Notes: generated by a model from the letters alone, not told the origin. DNA of 63,252 nt, filler included, from Rhabdomonas costata (GCA_019059605.1; 20 parts of 20 records of this genome joined end to end with filler, not necessarily neighbours in it), one strand, 5' to 3'; positions 48,237-62,842 are shown, counted from the whole stretch's first letter. A program made the numbers and translations.

Positions 48237-51200
48237 CTGAAAGAAAGCGCATTCAGCCATATGTCTTTACTCTTCTAAAGAGCAGGGCACGGCTTCGGTT
48301 CTTGCAATCACTGTTGAATTCGAATGGTGGTGTTAGAACTTCTGCGGCTTGCACTTTTTTCACAGCCCTGCGCCTTGTCCCTGCCGTGCGCTACGAGGTG
48401 GTGGTGGCCATTTGGCACTCCGATATGGTATTCTGCAGCTACAGACCCAGGGTTTCACTGGGTCATTGCTACGGCAAGGGCCCGATAACGATTTGGCATG
48501 GAAATGAGCATTGCACCGAAACGATGTGATGGTGTAAAAAAAGCGAGGCTTCACCAATCCCGGCGGCCTAGTTGTGGTCTGGCGGCCGGGCAGGTTCTGC
48601 AACTTGCATTCTGCTTCTGAGGATCCGCTCATCTCCTTTGGTTATCTATTTCTCATATTCCTGCTTTTACATCTTTCCTTCATGTTCACGGCACTGCAAG
48701 AGTGGCGGGTGTTGCTATCGTCTGCATATGCTTAACAGACATTGACGTCTAAGGTGGTGGTGGAAGGTTGGGGCTGAAGAATTTCCGCACTTACAAGTTA
48801 TTTTCAACCGTGAGCTATAAATGTCGTCTCGTTTCGATCACTTGACCCTAAAAAAATACATTAGCTTTGTACAAATGGGACGAGACAAGAAAATGACCAC
48901 AAGCTTTTTTTATCTGTTCTTCACCCGCGGGATCCTTGTCAAGTACGAGGCAGGCCGACTGCATGTCACTGAACGTGGTGATTACATGGCCAACTAATGC
49001 GTACACTTGAATACCCCAAATTACAGCTATACAGGGCGTCTCGTTTCGACGACTTGAGGATATGCAGTATTCAGCAGAATCGTTCGGTGAAATGATGCTT
49101 GAGGATTTGATACAACAACGAAGGCTTCACCAAGTTGGGCAGAGTTCTGGTGCGGCTGGTGGAAAAGTGGGTATAGGTTCAAATTTTGCCTTGGTCTGCA
49201 TGGTAAAACTTGAGATAAGAGGCTGTGTCTTTTTTGGTTCGGATGGATTGAGACGGAATTTACAGAAGGTGGAAGGGACTTGTGCGAAACCTAGTGTTCG
49301 AGAGAAAAAACAAGAAAGACGCGCTTGTGCTTTCGCGAACAAGCGTGCGCTTCGCGAATACATCCCCAGTTTAGTTTTCTTCTGAAATTGCTTGAAAACG
49401 GTGTTTCTTGCTTAATGGGGCTGATACAAAAGGTGGAACTCTCGTGACTTTCTGGCACAGCTGACAATTGAAGGCTCGTTGAGCGCGTTCTACCCGTCTT
49501 TGCCCCAGCATAAGGGAGCAGCGAAGTGGATGGGAAGGTGGGAAGCCGTTTCAGTGCCTTCTGTGCTTTTTTAACAACTGAATGCCGCTGTGTTTGCGGT
49601 TCAATCCGTTGTTTTCCGTGATTTGTTTTTAGGGAATGCCAGCGAAATGGTGGGTGCTTCTTCTCCATTTGTGGCTCGACACAAAAAAGGGTTGTGGAGC
49701 GGTCGCCAGTAACACCTCGACCCAGGATCTCCCACAAAATGAAAAGATGAGCAGAGCTTTTTAAGCGTTTTTTCACTTGTTTTTTTTTTTCACGTTTACG
49801 GCACGTCCTTGAACACCCCCCCCCCCACGATTCTTGTCCTGCTCTTCCGCCACGAAGCTACAGAAGAATCTCTGCCGAAGAGGTATGAGTACGGGTATCC
49901 AGTTGGAATGAATGAAACTGATGTCTCGCAATGAAAGAGATGGAATCCAGTGTCGGGGCTCTGCTTATGTGCACAGATAAGGCCTGTTGACACACAAGTT
50001 TTGTCTTGGTTTGTTTCCTCGTCACAAGTGGAAGGGGAGGAAAGCGGAAGCCAGCTAGTGGCTACGCTTTGTCCAAAGGTAAAAAAAAGGCTGTGAAAAG
50101 TTATGAAAATCAACACAGCCGCGCGAAAGCTGACTGGCTTGGTTTGTTAGCAAGCCCTTTATAGGGACGATACAAAACAATTTGCAACAGAAAGTAACGT
50201 TACGGTGGTGCGGGTTCGTGGGAAAATTGTTGTTGAAAAGTGGAGGAAGTGGAGGAAACTGCTTATTAGTTTCGTGATTTTGAGCTGCTTCTCGTTCACC
50301 GTTCTCACAGTATCACATTTTGCTAATTCGGGTCAATTTGGCTTCGAATCGACACATAGAGAGGATTCCAAGCGGAGTGGGTGCCTGTGACGCAGCTTGG
50401 CGGCAGTTCTGGTCTTTTTTTCGCACTGTCCCAAAAATCCGCACATTATACTAATTTCTTTCGCTGTTTCACGTCTGCTGACCTTTTTCACACTTTGCTG
50501 TTTTGGGCTATTGGGGTTTTTAATCTAAACTAAACTAATTTAATTTAATCTTCACGAGGGGTTCCACCCCCCCCCACCAACCACACCCACCACNNNNNNN
50601 NNNNNNNNNNNNNNNNNNNNNNNNNNNNNNNNNNNNNTTAATTAATTAANNNNNNNNNNNNNNNNNNNNNNNNNNNNNNNNNNNNNNNNNNNNGTTGTTG
50701 GTTAACTTTTCTAGTGGGGGTCAAACTCACACTTGATGATTCGGCCAGATCGTGCTAAATCGCGTCGATTCGCGACAGACCCCGCCAAAATCACAAGAAC
50801 CGTTGCCCATCACTGACTCTGTGGCGATGGTGGTAGTGGTCGTAGCGGTCATACCCACTGGAGGGAACACCACCACAGATGCATTGTGCTGACAAGAAGG
50901 TGGGGGGTGTGGAGGAGGATGGGCCCGGTGGGGCAATGTCCAGGACTACTGCACGTGGGTTCATCAACCTAGGTTATACATGGTTGTACCCTAAGGGTTG
51001 ATTCCTGCACTCAGCCTCTGCGAGACAGTGATTGGACACCAGACTCTGACGCCAAGATCGGGCTCAGCATCACGACTTGAGTGTACAACGCGCAGATATA
51101 CGCATGGTGACGCATACCCTTACCGTTCCACCGTTCATCGTGCGCCTAACCTCATCATGGGGGTGGTTTACGCCATAGCCTAGCATCCATCACCAGATCT

Positions 51201-54200
51201 TTCGTCAGTGGGACCGCCCCTGGAACAGCTCTGTGCCACTCGATGGTAACATACACACGTGTCTCCAGGCGTACCTGATCATCACCTCACCCATCAGCGC
51301 GCTCACCTCAACTTCTCATGCGGAATGTTCTACGCATGGTACTGGGGCCTGAGCTGTGCTTTGGTGTTTGTGCAGAACGCGTATTGTGAGGAAAGTCCTT
51401 TCTACCACTACCGACCTTGTCCTGGATCCTCAGACGCTTACCTAGCTTCAATAAACCTTCAATAAACTTCTCAGCTTGGATATCCCGAGGGACATCAGAG
51501 GAACCGAACCCAGAGAGCGAAACCCGAACCCAGAATGCCGCCGTCGTGTGCCACCGTCCATTTCCACACCAACTTTAATTTTGTGAGCAGTAGTAGAGCT
51601 GCAATTGCGGGTTCCCCACCTTGCTCGTTTTTATTCCGGGCGCCGTTGGTTTTGTTAGCTTTGCTTGTTGTTTGCTGGTAATGCTGATGCACCAATCACT
51701 GAACTGTTGAGGCGGAGTGACGTGCCTTTCTTCTAAAAATGTGCCCTTGATCATTATTTCCTTTACGGGACGAGACAAATTCTCAAGACACTACGTGATC
51801 CCCTGCAATGTGGAGGATGCAACAGAAGCAAGAGCATGAGAGCGATGAGGCGAATGTCACTGTTGAATCCAGCAAACAGAACACAATTGGCCGAAAGTCC
51901 AGCGAGGGCCAGTAAAGACCGTCATTGTAGGACAAGAGAGGACAGTCGGATAAAAGGGAAAAAAACAAGAAGAGATTGAGAGGAGGATTCAGAAAAAACT
52001 ACTGTTAGGATCATGAAACAAGACACGAAGTATTGTTGTACGCGCAGCGGAAATACCCACTTCTCCCATTGTCGCCGAGTCAATTATTTAAATAATTTCG
52101 GTTTCACCCCTCTCCCCGATAGTTTTTATATTCTTTACAATTTTTAATTTTCACAACACACAAATTCTCACAACATGAAACGCATAATCACAAAACCTTA
52201 GAAATCTCAAAATCTTAGTGAACGTGGAACACACAAATCCCATAGACTTGTAGACGAGAGCACTACATGACGTGACGTGATGGACGTGATGGAAAACCAA
52301 CAAACAGACACACAAAAGTCCCCAGTCAAAGAAGGAAATGTGCGCGAAAGTCAACCCACCGTAAATCTCTCCTACCGCTGGACGGCTTTTATCAGCTGGA
52401 AGGCACTGGTGACCCTGCTGGCTCATCTCAAAGGAAAGAGAACAGAGAGACGTCTGGCGACTGAGGATGCCACGGGACCTCTCCACCCTTGAAAAATAAT
52501 TTATACCGAGGACGGGAAGAACCTGCGACAGGGTAAACGGTGCTATTATAGGGACTGTGGTATGGAAAACAACATCAGCTCCAACTCGACGCCTTCGCTC
52601 CAAAAAAACCCAAATTCGCCGACAGGTTCGTGACTTCTCGTGGCCTCTTGGGTTACGGACATCGGAGTCTGCGCCGCCTCAAAGATATATTTCTACAATC
52701 GCCATGTGGAAGCTCGCTGACCACCGCGCCGTGTGTCGCCGCCGTCTCTGGCGCAACTGAATTTTCATGCTGACACACTCAGGGCGCTGTGCGGTGGAAC
52801 GAGGGCTGTTCAGGTCGTAGGATACAAGACGCAGCAGAGATGTGCCCTGTGAGTGTAGAACTCAGTGTACCAGGCGTCCATACTCTTGCCTGGATGTTCC
52901 ATTGCAGCCTGGGTTTTGTCCCAACTTTATTCAGCTGTGAGCGAACACAGGAGGCTAGACCCATTGGAGTGCCCAGAACCCGGACCCCAGAGGTTCGCGG
53001 AACTCACGGAATCCCGCACAAGTGGTTTAGAGAGTTCATGGAGCGTCACAACACCCCAAAGACCGATTGCAGCAGCAATTTCTGGTAATTTGGCGCCAAC
53101 GAAGACTCAATTTCAATGCTAAAAAAATTGCATTGCAGCAGTTTGTTTGCAATGCAGGTCTGCTTTGAACTTGAAATAGTGCTGTTGAAAATAAGGTACA
53201 AATTTCATTGATTAGGGAAGTTTGGTTTGCGTTTTTACAAAAATGGGGCGACGACCTGCCCGCTGCTACAGGCACAAACTTTTGCCTTTTAAAGCTTTCT
53301 TTATTTTCTCCCACCTTTTTATTTTCTTTGGAAACTAAGAAGGTTCAGAATTTTTGTTATGCACCGTTCAGCGCTCTAAAAAGTTCCCTTCTCACACACC
53401 ATCCACGCAAAAAAGCCTAAAATTGGTTCATGTGAGGCTCTGAAATACACGTTACCAACCAACAACCACTCCATTGCATCTCCTATTACGTCTCTGGACG
53501 TGACATTTGTATCATGATCACGCTCAGAGAATGCTGCACAACACATGCAGGGTACGGAGGGTGCCAAAGGAAGGAAGAAACAAAAAGAAGGGAACAAGAC
53601 CTTTCGACCTCTGCGTCATCGGCTGCTGCTCACTTTCGTGCAAGTTGTCCAGCAGTGTCCGAAATTCGCTCTGTGGAAAACAGAGCAATTGATAACGAAG
53701 AGTGAAACGAACATAGCTTCCCCCCCTCTCATCACACCGCTGGGCACAACTCCCCNNNNNNNNNNNNNNNNNNNNNNNNNNNNNNNNNNNNNNNNNNNNT
53801 TAATTAATTAANNNNNNNNNNNNNNNNNNNNNNNNNNNNNNNNNNNNNNNNNNNNGGTGTGGGTTCAAAGGAGAAGGTTCGCATCCAAAGGAAGGGAAGC
53901 CCGGAACAGGATGTTCAGGATGTCCTTGTCTTGGGCCATATTTCTCGCAGCATTTATGGGTATGAGAGATGCACTCCCCTTTGAACGCCCTCCAGTGGAA
54001 CCTATGTGTATTGTCATTCTGGCCGATAAGTTGCCTGGGTCCCGTGGATGCCATGGTGGCCCCAGGGGTTCCGCCCCGTCTTTCTCCGGGGCTGCTGGGG
54101 TGCGGGCCCACCCAGTGATCTCTCAGTGGCAACACCTCTTCGCCAATGGGAAGATTTCCCCACCCTTCCTTGGTAACTTTAGCAAGAGCAAGTTTATTGG

Positions 54201-54451
54201 CTGGTAGAGGGGTCTGGCCCAAAGCGGTGGGCGAGACGCAAAGGAGAGGTTTCTTGGAGTGGTTTTTCTGCACCGAACAGAATATTTCTGCTTTTGCGAC
54301 GGTTGTAGACCTGGGGACATTGTGTCACTTTTCTTGCCCGCCCACAAACGGAAATTTGTTTGTCATCTTCGGAAGAAAAGCCAACAAAAATTCTGCGTGA
54401 CTGGAGGATACCCTACCGTGCAGACAGAATGGCGAAAAACTTTGGGCATAC

Positions 54452-56263
54452 CCAGATGTCGCTCTTGTTGTTGTAGGGCTTCCCTTGGCAGAGTTCTGCA
54501 CAAACACAAAGGCGACTGTTCAACGGATAGCATCACGCCAACCTTGGCAAAAAAAAAAGGGGGGGGGTTGAGAAAGTGCTGTCTAAGTGCTAAGAAGGAG
54601 CCAAGTAAGGGGCTTGCCCTGGAAGGAAACGGCAGAAGTAAACCACGGGCCTGGGCTAAAGAAGTTTGGAGTGCCGCAGACGGTGTTGGCCAGCATGGTA
54701 CTGCTGACAATCGTGGAGATGCCAAAGTCTCCGATCTTCGCCTCACCATTCTTGAAGAGGAAGACGTTGGCAGGCTTCTGTATCCAAAACAGAAGTTGCA
54801 GAAAGCAGAAAGCAAGGCAAGCGCGACAGTCACGATCGTGCATGACCTTCAGCGGAGAAAAACACCGCCACTGAATCCAGGTGGGAATCACCTGGACTTG
54901 GTGGGTCATTCATGTGTGGGTTTGTTGTGTGGGTAGAAGTATGGTTTCTCACGGGGTTCCTAGTTCCTTTGATCCTAGCGGTGCTTCAATTGGTGGTGGT
55001 TTTCAGTGGGGCAAGCGGTTCCTGAGGTGGGGTTGCTGTTGCGTGTAGGTCTAGTGTGGGTGGTGTGCTTCTGCGTGTTCGTTGGAAATACAGTGCACAG
55101 AGACAAAGGCTTCTGAACGCAAGCGCGCGAGCACGAGCCAAGTCGCGGTGCAGCATCCGTTTCTCGTGCATGTAGTTCAGCCCGAGGCAAATCTGGGTGA
55201 AGATGTGCAGAACATCCGCCTCGCTCATCCGCTGCCCCGCACTGCTTCGGCTGTGGATCAGTTGGGTGAGATCACCTTTTGAGCGGAAGAGAGCAAAAAC
55301 TGAAGGCAAATGAAAATCGAACAAATATACAAAAAAGAAAAGCGGCCCCTTCACTAACCTAGTAAACCCGCAATACAGTTGATTTATCTTACCAAAACAG
55401 CAGTTTATTTCAGGGCACGGGATGGAGGCTGATGTTCTCGACCCTTTCAGCACATTGTTTGTTTTAACTTTTTGTTTGGTGCCGCCCCCACCCCTAGATC
55501 AATGGCCGTTTGGCGCCTCCACGACTCCACCGACGCGCTGCACCAAGCTGCGGGGTCCCCGAGTCAGGAGGAGACCTTCAAAACTCTGAGACCTTCCGTC
55601 CGTCCGTTTCTTCTCTCTCGCGCGATGCTGGAGGTCACCGTCTTCAAACACGCCCTCCCCACTCACGTCCCGGACCATTTCTGTTACCTTCAGTTTTCCT
55701 TTCTGTGTTCCCGTGGACGTGCTTTTGCGCTGTTTTGTGCCTGCGGGGAGAAAACAAGCAACTGGCTTCGAAAAAGGATTGTCAGCACTCAAATTATCCA
55801 ATGGTCCAATGGTCCAATGGTCCATAGTAAAGGCTACTAAAGGGAAGCAAAGGATCAAACGGACTGATGACTGCCCTGATGAGTGCACAGCTGTCCACGA
55901 TAAGCTCTATTTGGTGCAATGACCACGAAGAGAAGCGCCTGCACCTGCGTCAGCGTATTCCATGATGATGTACAGCACATTCTCATGAAAGAGGCTCTGT
56001 TTGTGTTGAACGATGTTGGGGTGGCTCAAGTGAGCCAGGAACTGCGGGGGGAGAAGGGTGGTTCAAAAAAAAAGAAACGAAGGCTGGAAAACCATACGCT
56101 GCTCCTATTACGACAATAAAATGCAGCCCAGTACACTAACACCACGAGAACAACTACACCCTCCGCAAGTTTTGCAATGCAAACCTGAACTTCATTGACG
56201 GCCTCCTGCCGCTGCTTCGGGGTCAGAGGGGTCATAGTCACCTGCTTTGCAATGAATTGCTCT
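54452..56263 (-). CDS. NIMA-related (NEK) Ser/Thr kinase, five exons of the catalytic domain
   Basis: Spliced: FIAKQV...EAVNEVQFLAHLSHPNIV...YIIMEYADAGDL...LNYMHEKRMLHRDLKPANVFL...KIGDFG...TVCGTPNFFSPELCQGKPYNNKSDIW. Confidence 0.95.
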
Positions 56264-57724
56264 CTGTGAAAGTATCCCAACATCGCAGAAAAAGAACCAG
56301 AGGAGGATGCAACAATTTAACACATAAAATCGTTAAAGGGCTAAACGTTCTCAAACGTTTCAACACTTATCGTTAAATGAAATTGCATTTGAAAACATGT
56401 GGACTACACGATTCAATGGCTGAACAAATTGAAGCCAAACCCCCGCCCCAACCCTCCCATCTTCATAAAATTCGGTGGTTTGATTTCGCGTGTGGACTGC
56501 TGGCTGAGCAGTTGCCCTCCTTTTGCTTTGGCAGACGACGGGACAGCGGCAGAGACCAGCCGCGTCAGTGGCGGGAGTGGAGTGGTTAGAGGCGGGGTAT
56601 AAATCAAGGTGAGATAAAACTCGCTCGGTCCCAGGTCTGCAACATGGGATACCCCAATAAACAATTGTAGGGTAAGGTGCGGGTTTTTTTGGACGGTGCC
56701 AGATCGTTGAAATAAAAGACAAAAAACGCCACAAGGGTGCAACACCAGCAGCCATCTCGGCGTGGAATCCTAACTTATGTGACGATTCAAAGCCATATTA
56801 GCCCGAAATAGCAATGTGTGAAAATTGTCAGAACGGTCAAAGAGAAATAAATCAAAATTACATCAAATATAAGAAATTCGGAAAAGATTATGGATCCTTC
56901 CTCTGTATCACCACACAAANNNNNNNNNNNNNNNNNNNNNNNNNNNNNNNNNNNNNNNNNNNNTTAATTAATTAANNNNNNNNNNNNNNNNNNNNNNNNN
57001 NNNNNNNNNNNNNNNNNNNGGGGGGTGGTGGGGCAGCGGCCACCGTGGCAGTGGTAGCAGCCCGGGCGCTTTCTCGGGCACTTCGCTGCCCCAGTGGAGG
57101 GTGCACTTGGACCACGCGCGGGACTGCAGCGCGCAGCTGAGCTGCTGCGCCACTTCCTGCGTATTTTTATCTCTCTTTCTCTCTCAATTCTCTCTCTTTA
57201 TCTTTCTCTCTCTTTCTCCCTCAATTTCAGAGCCTTGGTTGAATGCTCAGGACCATGTGCTGCAGACGAGAACCCATTTTCTTCCTATACATTTCCTTTT
57301 ATGGATAAGTTATCGGATGTCTCAATGAAAGAGGCCCCCTCATGTGCCGTTTATTACACCATCCTGTGCGAGCCAAAAGTTCTTTAGAAGGACCTCTGTC
57401 ACGCTGTCGCAGTTTGACGTTTATCTTAAGATCAGTGCTGCATTTAAGCATCTCTTGTTTTAAAATGGATTCACCTGCTCCCGCTCCCTTAGAGCAGAGC
57501 CTTTTCCTAAATAAAGATATTACCAAGGTGATAAAAAAGTCAAGGCAGCGGACAAGGTTGAGCCGCCAAAATGAGCCGCCAAAAATGGAAGTGACTGGTC
57601 TGGGGTGCAAGATCCGGCGCGCATTGACTTTTTCATCGGTACTTTGAAATTGAGGTAAAGCAAGATTCAAAATTCAGAAAAATCAGCGCCAGAATGACTT
57701 TCATTTGGTCTTTTTTCTGGTTTC

Positions 57725-59350
57725 AGGCAAACTTTGTGAAGGAGCTTGCTCAACGAGACGGACTTCCCACACCTACACCGCTGCTGCACTCGAGGTGGCC
57801 TTCATTATTATTGTGCTTCAGGAGCCAGGGTTGCAACTATGGGTGATATGTCCGGTGTCCATACTGGATGCTCTAACGATTGACATATTTTCACAGATTT
57901 CTCCCTCCATCATGTAAAAATTTGACTTCGCCGTTTTTTTCCGGAAGGGATCACATCTTTTTCCCTCACTCCGAAAAAGTCCCTGGCAGGCTTGGGCGGA
58001 GTTGCTACGGCCCTGGCTGAACCACTTTCATGCTGGGCTTGCCCTGCTTGGAGTTAGCTGCGGTTGCAGTGGTTGCAGTGCAGACAGCGGTTCGGCTCTG
58101 GCACAGGCTGCGCATAGCGCAGGCAGCTGGAGCTCTTTGAGGACTTCATCGGTTGTTGTGGAGCAGCTACCCTTGGGGGGGCCCAGTGCTGTGGAAGCGG
58201 CGATTCGAGCGGCTGTGGAGGAGCTTCAGGGGGCCGTGCAAGACCTGGAGCAGTGGCTGGCTCAACCATTCCATGATGGGTTCGTGTGCCCTCTTGACTG
58301 GTTGACTGGTAGTTCTTGCCGCTGTTGATTTTGTGACTCGTCGGTGTTGTCCTTGTTTTGTTGTGCATGTTTTCTCTCTGTTCAGAGTGGCTGTTCGTGT
58401 GGACACTTCTATCTCTGTTTCCGAACATCGAAACTGCTTTATCTGTGTTCACAAGTATATCATGGAACGGGTGTGGGAATTCTAGTCAGTTGCTGGCTTC
58501 TCTGAGTATCGTAAGAGACCCCAAAAGAAGAGAAGCAACAGTACAGATGCTAACCCCTACCATTCCGCTCCTCCATTCGTACTCAGCACTGAGTGGCAAG
58601 AGACCAGCCGCTCTAATTGCGATCCCTGACCAACAGTTGACATCAAATCTCTGGCGTCATTTCCATCGTGCCCCAGGGCCTTATCATTGTCCTCTGTTGA
58701 TGCTGTAGGGCTGGCAGTGTCTTGAGGGCATCTGGGATGGGCCCGCTCCTTCGCGTGCTCTGGGAGCGGTGCCAAGCTCTCGGTCACGCCCTGACTCTTC
58801 AGCTCACTGCAGAGCAGCGAGTGCTGGAGGCATTTTTGTTTATCTGTTCTTTGTCTCCACGGGGTGTTAGGATGAAGCACACGTACGTCATTACCCTCCG
58901 TCCTTCTCTCTTTTTTCCCTACACTTTCGTGGTGTAAGCAACACAGCATGTGTCCATTTTCTCCTGCAATGTATGTGGTAAATCTGTCTTGCACGTCTTC
59001 GGCTGGGACCTTCAGACAGACCAACTTTGAGGCCATGACTGGCAGCTATCACCGGTAACTTTTGTCTCCGCCTGTTTTTGGTATTTCATGACCTGAATGA
59101 CGCCGTGGGAGTTAGTGACCTGCAGTCATGGATTATTGCTCCTTTTTTCCTGTTCATTGCACAGGCCCGTGGAGTGAGTCCTCGACTGTTGGGCTGTGTG
59201 GAGGGTACGTCGCGGGCACTGGCTGGCCTTGTGGCGCTTTGTGGAGCGGTGGCGCTTGCCTCGCTTGCAAGCGTGCAGCTCAATGAGCTGAGTGGTGCTG
59301 ACGAGGGTGCAGCAGCCAGGAGTTCAGCGGCCATTTCTTCTGCAGGGCAG
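57725..59350 (+). CDS. Multi-exon Ala/Leu-rich hypothetical protein
   Basis: AG-preceded coding-like segments at ~57728, ~57990, ~58709 and ~59165 (e.g. AWAELLRPWLNHFHAG...EELQGAVQDLEQWL). Family unknown; phases not fully resolved. Confidence 0.45.
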
Positions 59351-62157
59351 TGTATATGAATACAGAAATTTTTGTACGCGACGGTGTCTGACGGTGCCTG
59401 TATGTCTTGTACGTGATCTTCAATCTTCTTAGCTTAGCCTTCTTAAACCGACACAGGCGCCTTCGTTTAAACACTGTAAAATGGATTTGCTACATCCTCG
59501 AGCCGATCCACCTGCAGTATTTTCTCCGAGCGTTATGAGCTGTCACTGTGGCTTTGTCTTCCTTGTGTGCTGCCGACATGACTCTGTCGCCACACGTTAA
59601 AATTTTTCCTTTGTGCCCTAGTATGTGACTCTGTTACGCCCGCTCTCCTAACTGTGCTTTTGTTGTTGAAGGATGCTGCCGCTGATTTGCGAAGGGTTAT
59701 CTGGGGGGTGGTTGGCCTCCCGGCTCCCATGGCTGGCTCCCATCTTCGCGGAGGAGGAGCCAAACATCGGGTCACCATCGAAGGTATTACGTCCCCTCCC
59801 CAGTGCCTTCTGATGCACACTTCTGTGCCTTGATTACATGTCTGTGTCACCGTCACACGCGACCTCGACGACCGACTACCTCATTCCCCTTTTTTCTATT
59901 TCTGTTTTCTCTGTTTCTGATAGATTTTAATATCGTTTCACTTCAGTGCAAGGAGATTGGACTATGAGGTGCAGTGTAGCTAGCATACGACTTCTCCATC
60001 TCATCACCACCACCACCCGCTTCTGCTTCCTCAATCCGGATGTCAACAAATTGCTGTGGGGCAAGAAGCGACACAAAAAAAANNNNNNNNNNNNNNNNNN
60101 NNNNNNNNNNNNNNNNNNNNNNNNNNTTAATTAATTAANNNNNNNNNNNNNNNNNNNNNNNNNNNNNNNNNNNNNNNNNNNNTTTTCAGGCCCTTTGATG
60201 GATTTCACTGGCTGGGGGACCTTGGGGGACGTTTGACTACATGCACTTGTGAGTTTTGTTTTGCTGCAGCTTTCCAGCAGCAAACACGTGGTTGGCTGTT
60301 CCACGGTTGCCGCTCTTGTTTTGGCTCCCACCCAAAAGTGTAACGAACTGTGATGGGGTGCTGGCAGTTGGTGCGAAGTGGAGGGATGCCGCGCTGAGCA
60401 AGTGCGTGCCTAGGTGCGTCATACCCGTCATAGCTGACACGCCACGTAAGGCCCTACCATCAAAACCAGGGCAACCAGCCCGGCAACAGCGCATCAGGGG
60501 CCAAACGCCGTACAACGGCACTGGACAGAAAACCCTCCGTGGGGCCAATGGAAGTTTACAGGGGTGAAGAGTGGAGATTCGAGCAATTATGTACCTTTTT
60601 TTACCCTGGGGTACTACTCGCAACCAAACTGAAGAAGAAAAAAGAGAGAGAAAGCACAACCCAGTGCAGAGAGACCCCGCCAGAGTAGCACGTGGCCCCG
60701 TGCACTGCCCCACCTCCAGGGTGTCCCCAAAGGTAACCCGCAGCTTCCCCAAACTCAGCTCCGAATGGGATCCCACGGCAAGACCGGAAGCCGAGAAGGT
60801 CTGAGGAGTGCTGGGAACAGCCCGCTTCGGCTTCTTCAGTGCACTTCGAGGGGAGCAAGCAGAACAGGTTACCACTGGGTTGGCAGCTTTCACAACCTCC
60901 ACGGGGACCTAACGGAGGCCCAGCCAAGTTAGGTTTGGATATCACACCCCCTGTTCCTGTTAGGTTTGTCTTACATTACTTTCCTGCCTGTTACCACCGC
61001 AGTCGACTTGTTTGCCCCCGCCCCCGACTTTTCCCCTTTCTTTCTTTCTATTCCCCCTTCATTCACTCCTTTCGTGTGTGCTGCTCCCTTTTGTGTGCGT
61101 TCCGCAATGGCACCCCCCACCCGGTTGAATTTAATAAAGGAAATTTGGAGGTCCGTGGCATTTCCTATCAGGAGGTCAATAGCAAATCATACCGAAAAAA
61201 CATAAACAGGAACACTTATCGGCAGACCTAAAAGAAGCCGAGGGTCGAGGGCAAATGCTATCGAGGGAATCTTGGTGAGTGGTTTGCCATTTGGAGACGA
61301 CTTACTCAACATAAAGGGCTGACGAGCAAACCAAGAGATTATTTTATGGAAGAGGCGCCGACGACCGAGCGCTGCGATCCCACTTCACACCCTCCATTTT
61401 GACCTAAAGGAAGCCCCAAACAGGCTTACGGGTGAGTGGAAATAAAGAGCAAGGTTCCAGGTTCTTTCCGAGCACAACACGAAAACATCGGGGGGTTGGT
61501 CTCTACCATTGTAAAGGAGAGAGAGGCTGAAAATAACTTTGCAACCAGAAAGAATAAGAGAAAGAAAGAAAAGAGCTCATCTATTTTTCACCCTGGGAGC
61601 GAACCTGGGTCAAGTATGAGATAGTGGTGACCGGCAGCTTTGGATGACCCGTTTTGTTGCTTTGGTGTTTTGGTGGGTGAACACGAGGGCGGCACAGAAA
61701 CGCTTCAAATTGACACAAAAAAGCGACGATGTGCCTGACCTGACCAATTCAATACTCTTCCTGGTTAGCACGGTAAAAATGAGGTGAGAGGTCCCGCCCA
61801 TCTTTTTTAAATATCTTTTCTCTCAATTTTCTTTCTTCCTTCCTTCCTTCCTTCCTTACTTACTTACTTCTAGGCTTACGGTTCCGCCATCGTACTAACA
61901 TCGCAGAATTGCCGGTGACATGAAAACACCCAAGCGCAAAGTGCACACACACACACACACTCACTCAATGGAGAAAACCACCCCAAAACACAAAAGCCGT
62001 CAGGTGCATACACGCACACACACACACACACCGGCTCGCAGAACCAGGTCACTAGCCCACCGGGCCCAACCACGAGCTGCCCTGCAGCCTCCGTAACAGA
62101 AACTGACAGACCGAAGTCATATGAAGTGCTGAGCCGGGAGGGCACCAGCGGCCTCAC

Positions 62158-62266
62158 CATCACAGCCGACTTCTTCTCAGTGGCCAGTCTTATTGCCGCA
62201 CTGCGCATCAGGGCCACCCGATGATCTTCCGCAAGCTCCTCCAGCACGTCCTCCTGGGTCACCAGC
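62158..62266 (-). CDS. Exon resembling the end of a CBS-pair domain (CNNM/CorC-like)
   Basis: ctcag|LVTQEDVLEELAEDHRV...SAVM|gtgagg; compare the CBS motif G(I/L)VTxEDxLEE. Confidence 0.45.
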
Positions 62267-62777
62267 TGAGGAAAGAAAAAGGTGTGCGAGCGAGTGGGAA
62301 GCAAAAGCTGAACATGAGAGCACGAAGGGATACGTAGATTTGTGCGCGCATGGCCCCGAGGATGCGTGCGCGCTCAAGCACTCATTTTTTTTTTGCACCA
62401 ACACAGCAGGTCAGCACCGACACAGGACAGCGCAGGTCAGCTGTTGACGGTGCCAGTGCTGTGTCTCCTAAGCGCAAGTGCGGGCAGAGCAAAGCAGTAT
62501 ATCACGCCGCCCCGGAGAGCTTCGGCGCCATTTTTTTGTAGCCCTTTTAGGGGACCATTGCGCTTTGTTGGGGGGGGGATGGAAAGTCAAAAAAGAATTC
62601 TTGTCAGTTGGCACCCAAAACTCAGCATGCTCAGCAGGCTCAGTGTGCAGAATTCAAATAGGCCCTCCACTGCAAAGTTGGGATGACCACTCACGATTGG
62701 TGCACGAGGGAAGGCTCACAGAGAAGGACGAAAGGGAAGTCCTCTCCGAAAAACAAAAGGAGAATCTCATACAACAC

Positions 62778-62778
<1 letters not shown>

Positions 62779-62842
<64 letters not shown>

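Noticed and set aside
50940..51470. Possible 3' end of a non-LTR element (TTCAATAAAC x2 at ~51447-51468)
   Set aside because: No RT or endonuclease motif was recognisable; a two-copy 10-mer is insufficient.
55796..55824. (CCAATGGT)x3 tandem in a NEK intron
   Set aside because: Trivial minisatellite without spacers.
3072..60182. TTAATTAATTAA recurring every ~3.17 kb as a possible repeat array, CRISPR or nanochromosome boundary
   Set aside because: Always embedded in fixed-length N-runs; it is a concatenation linker.
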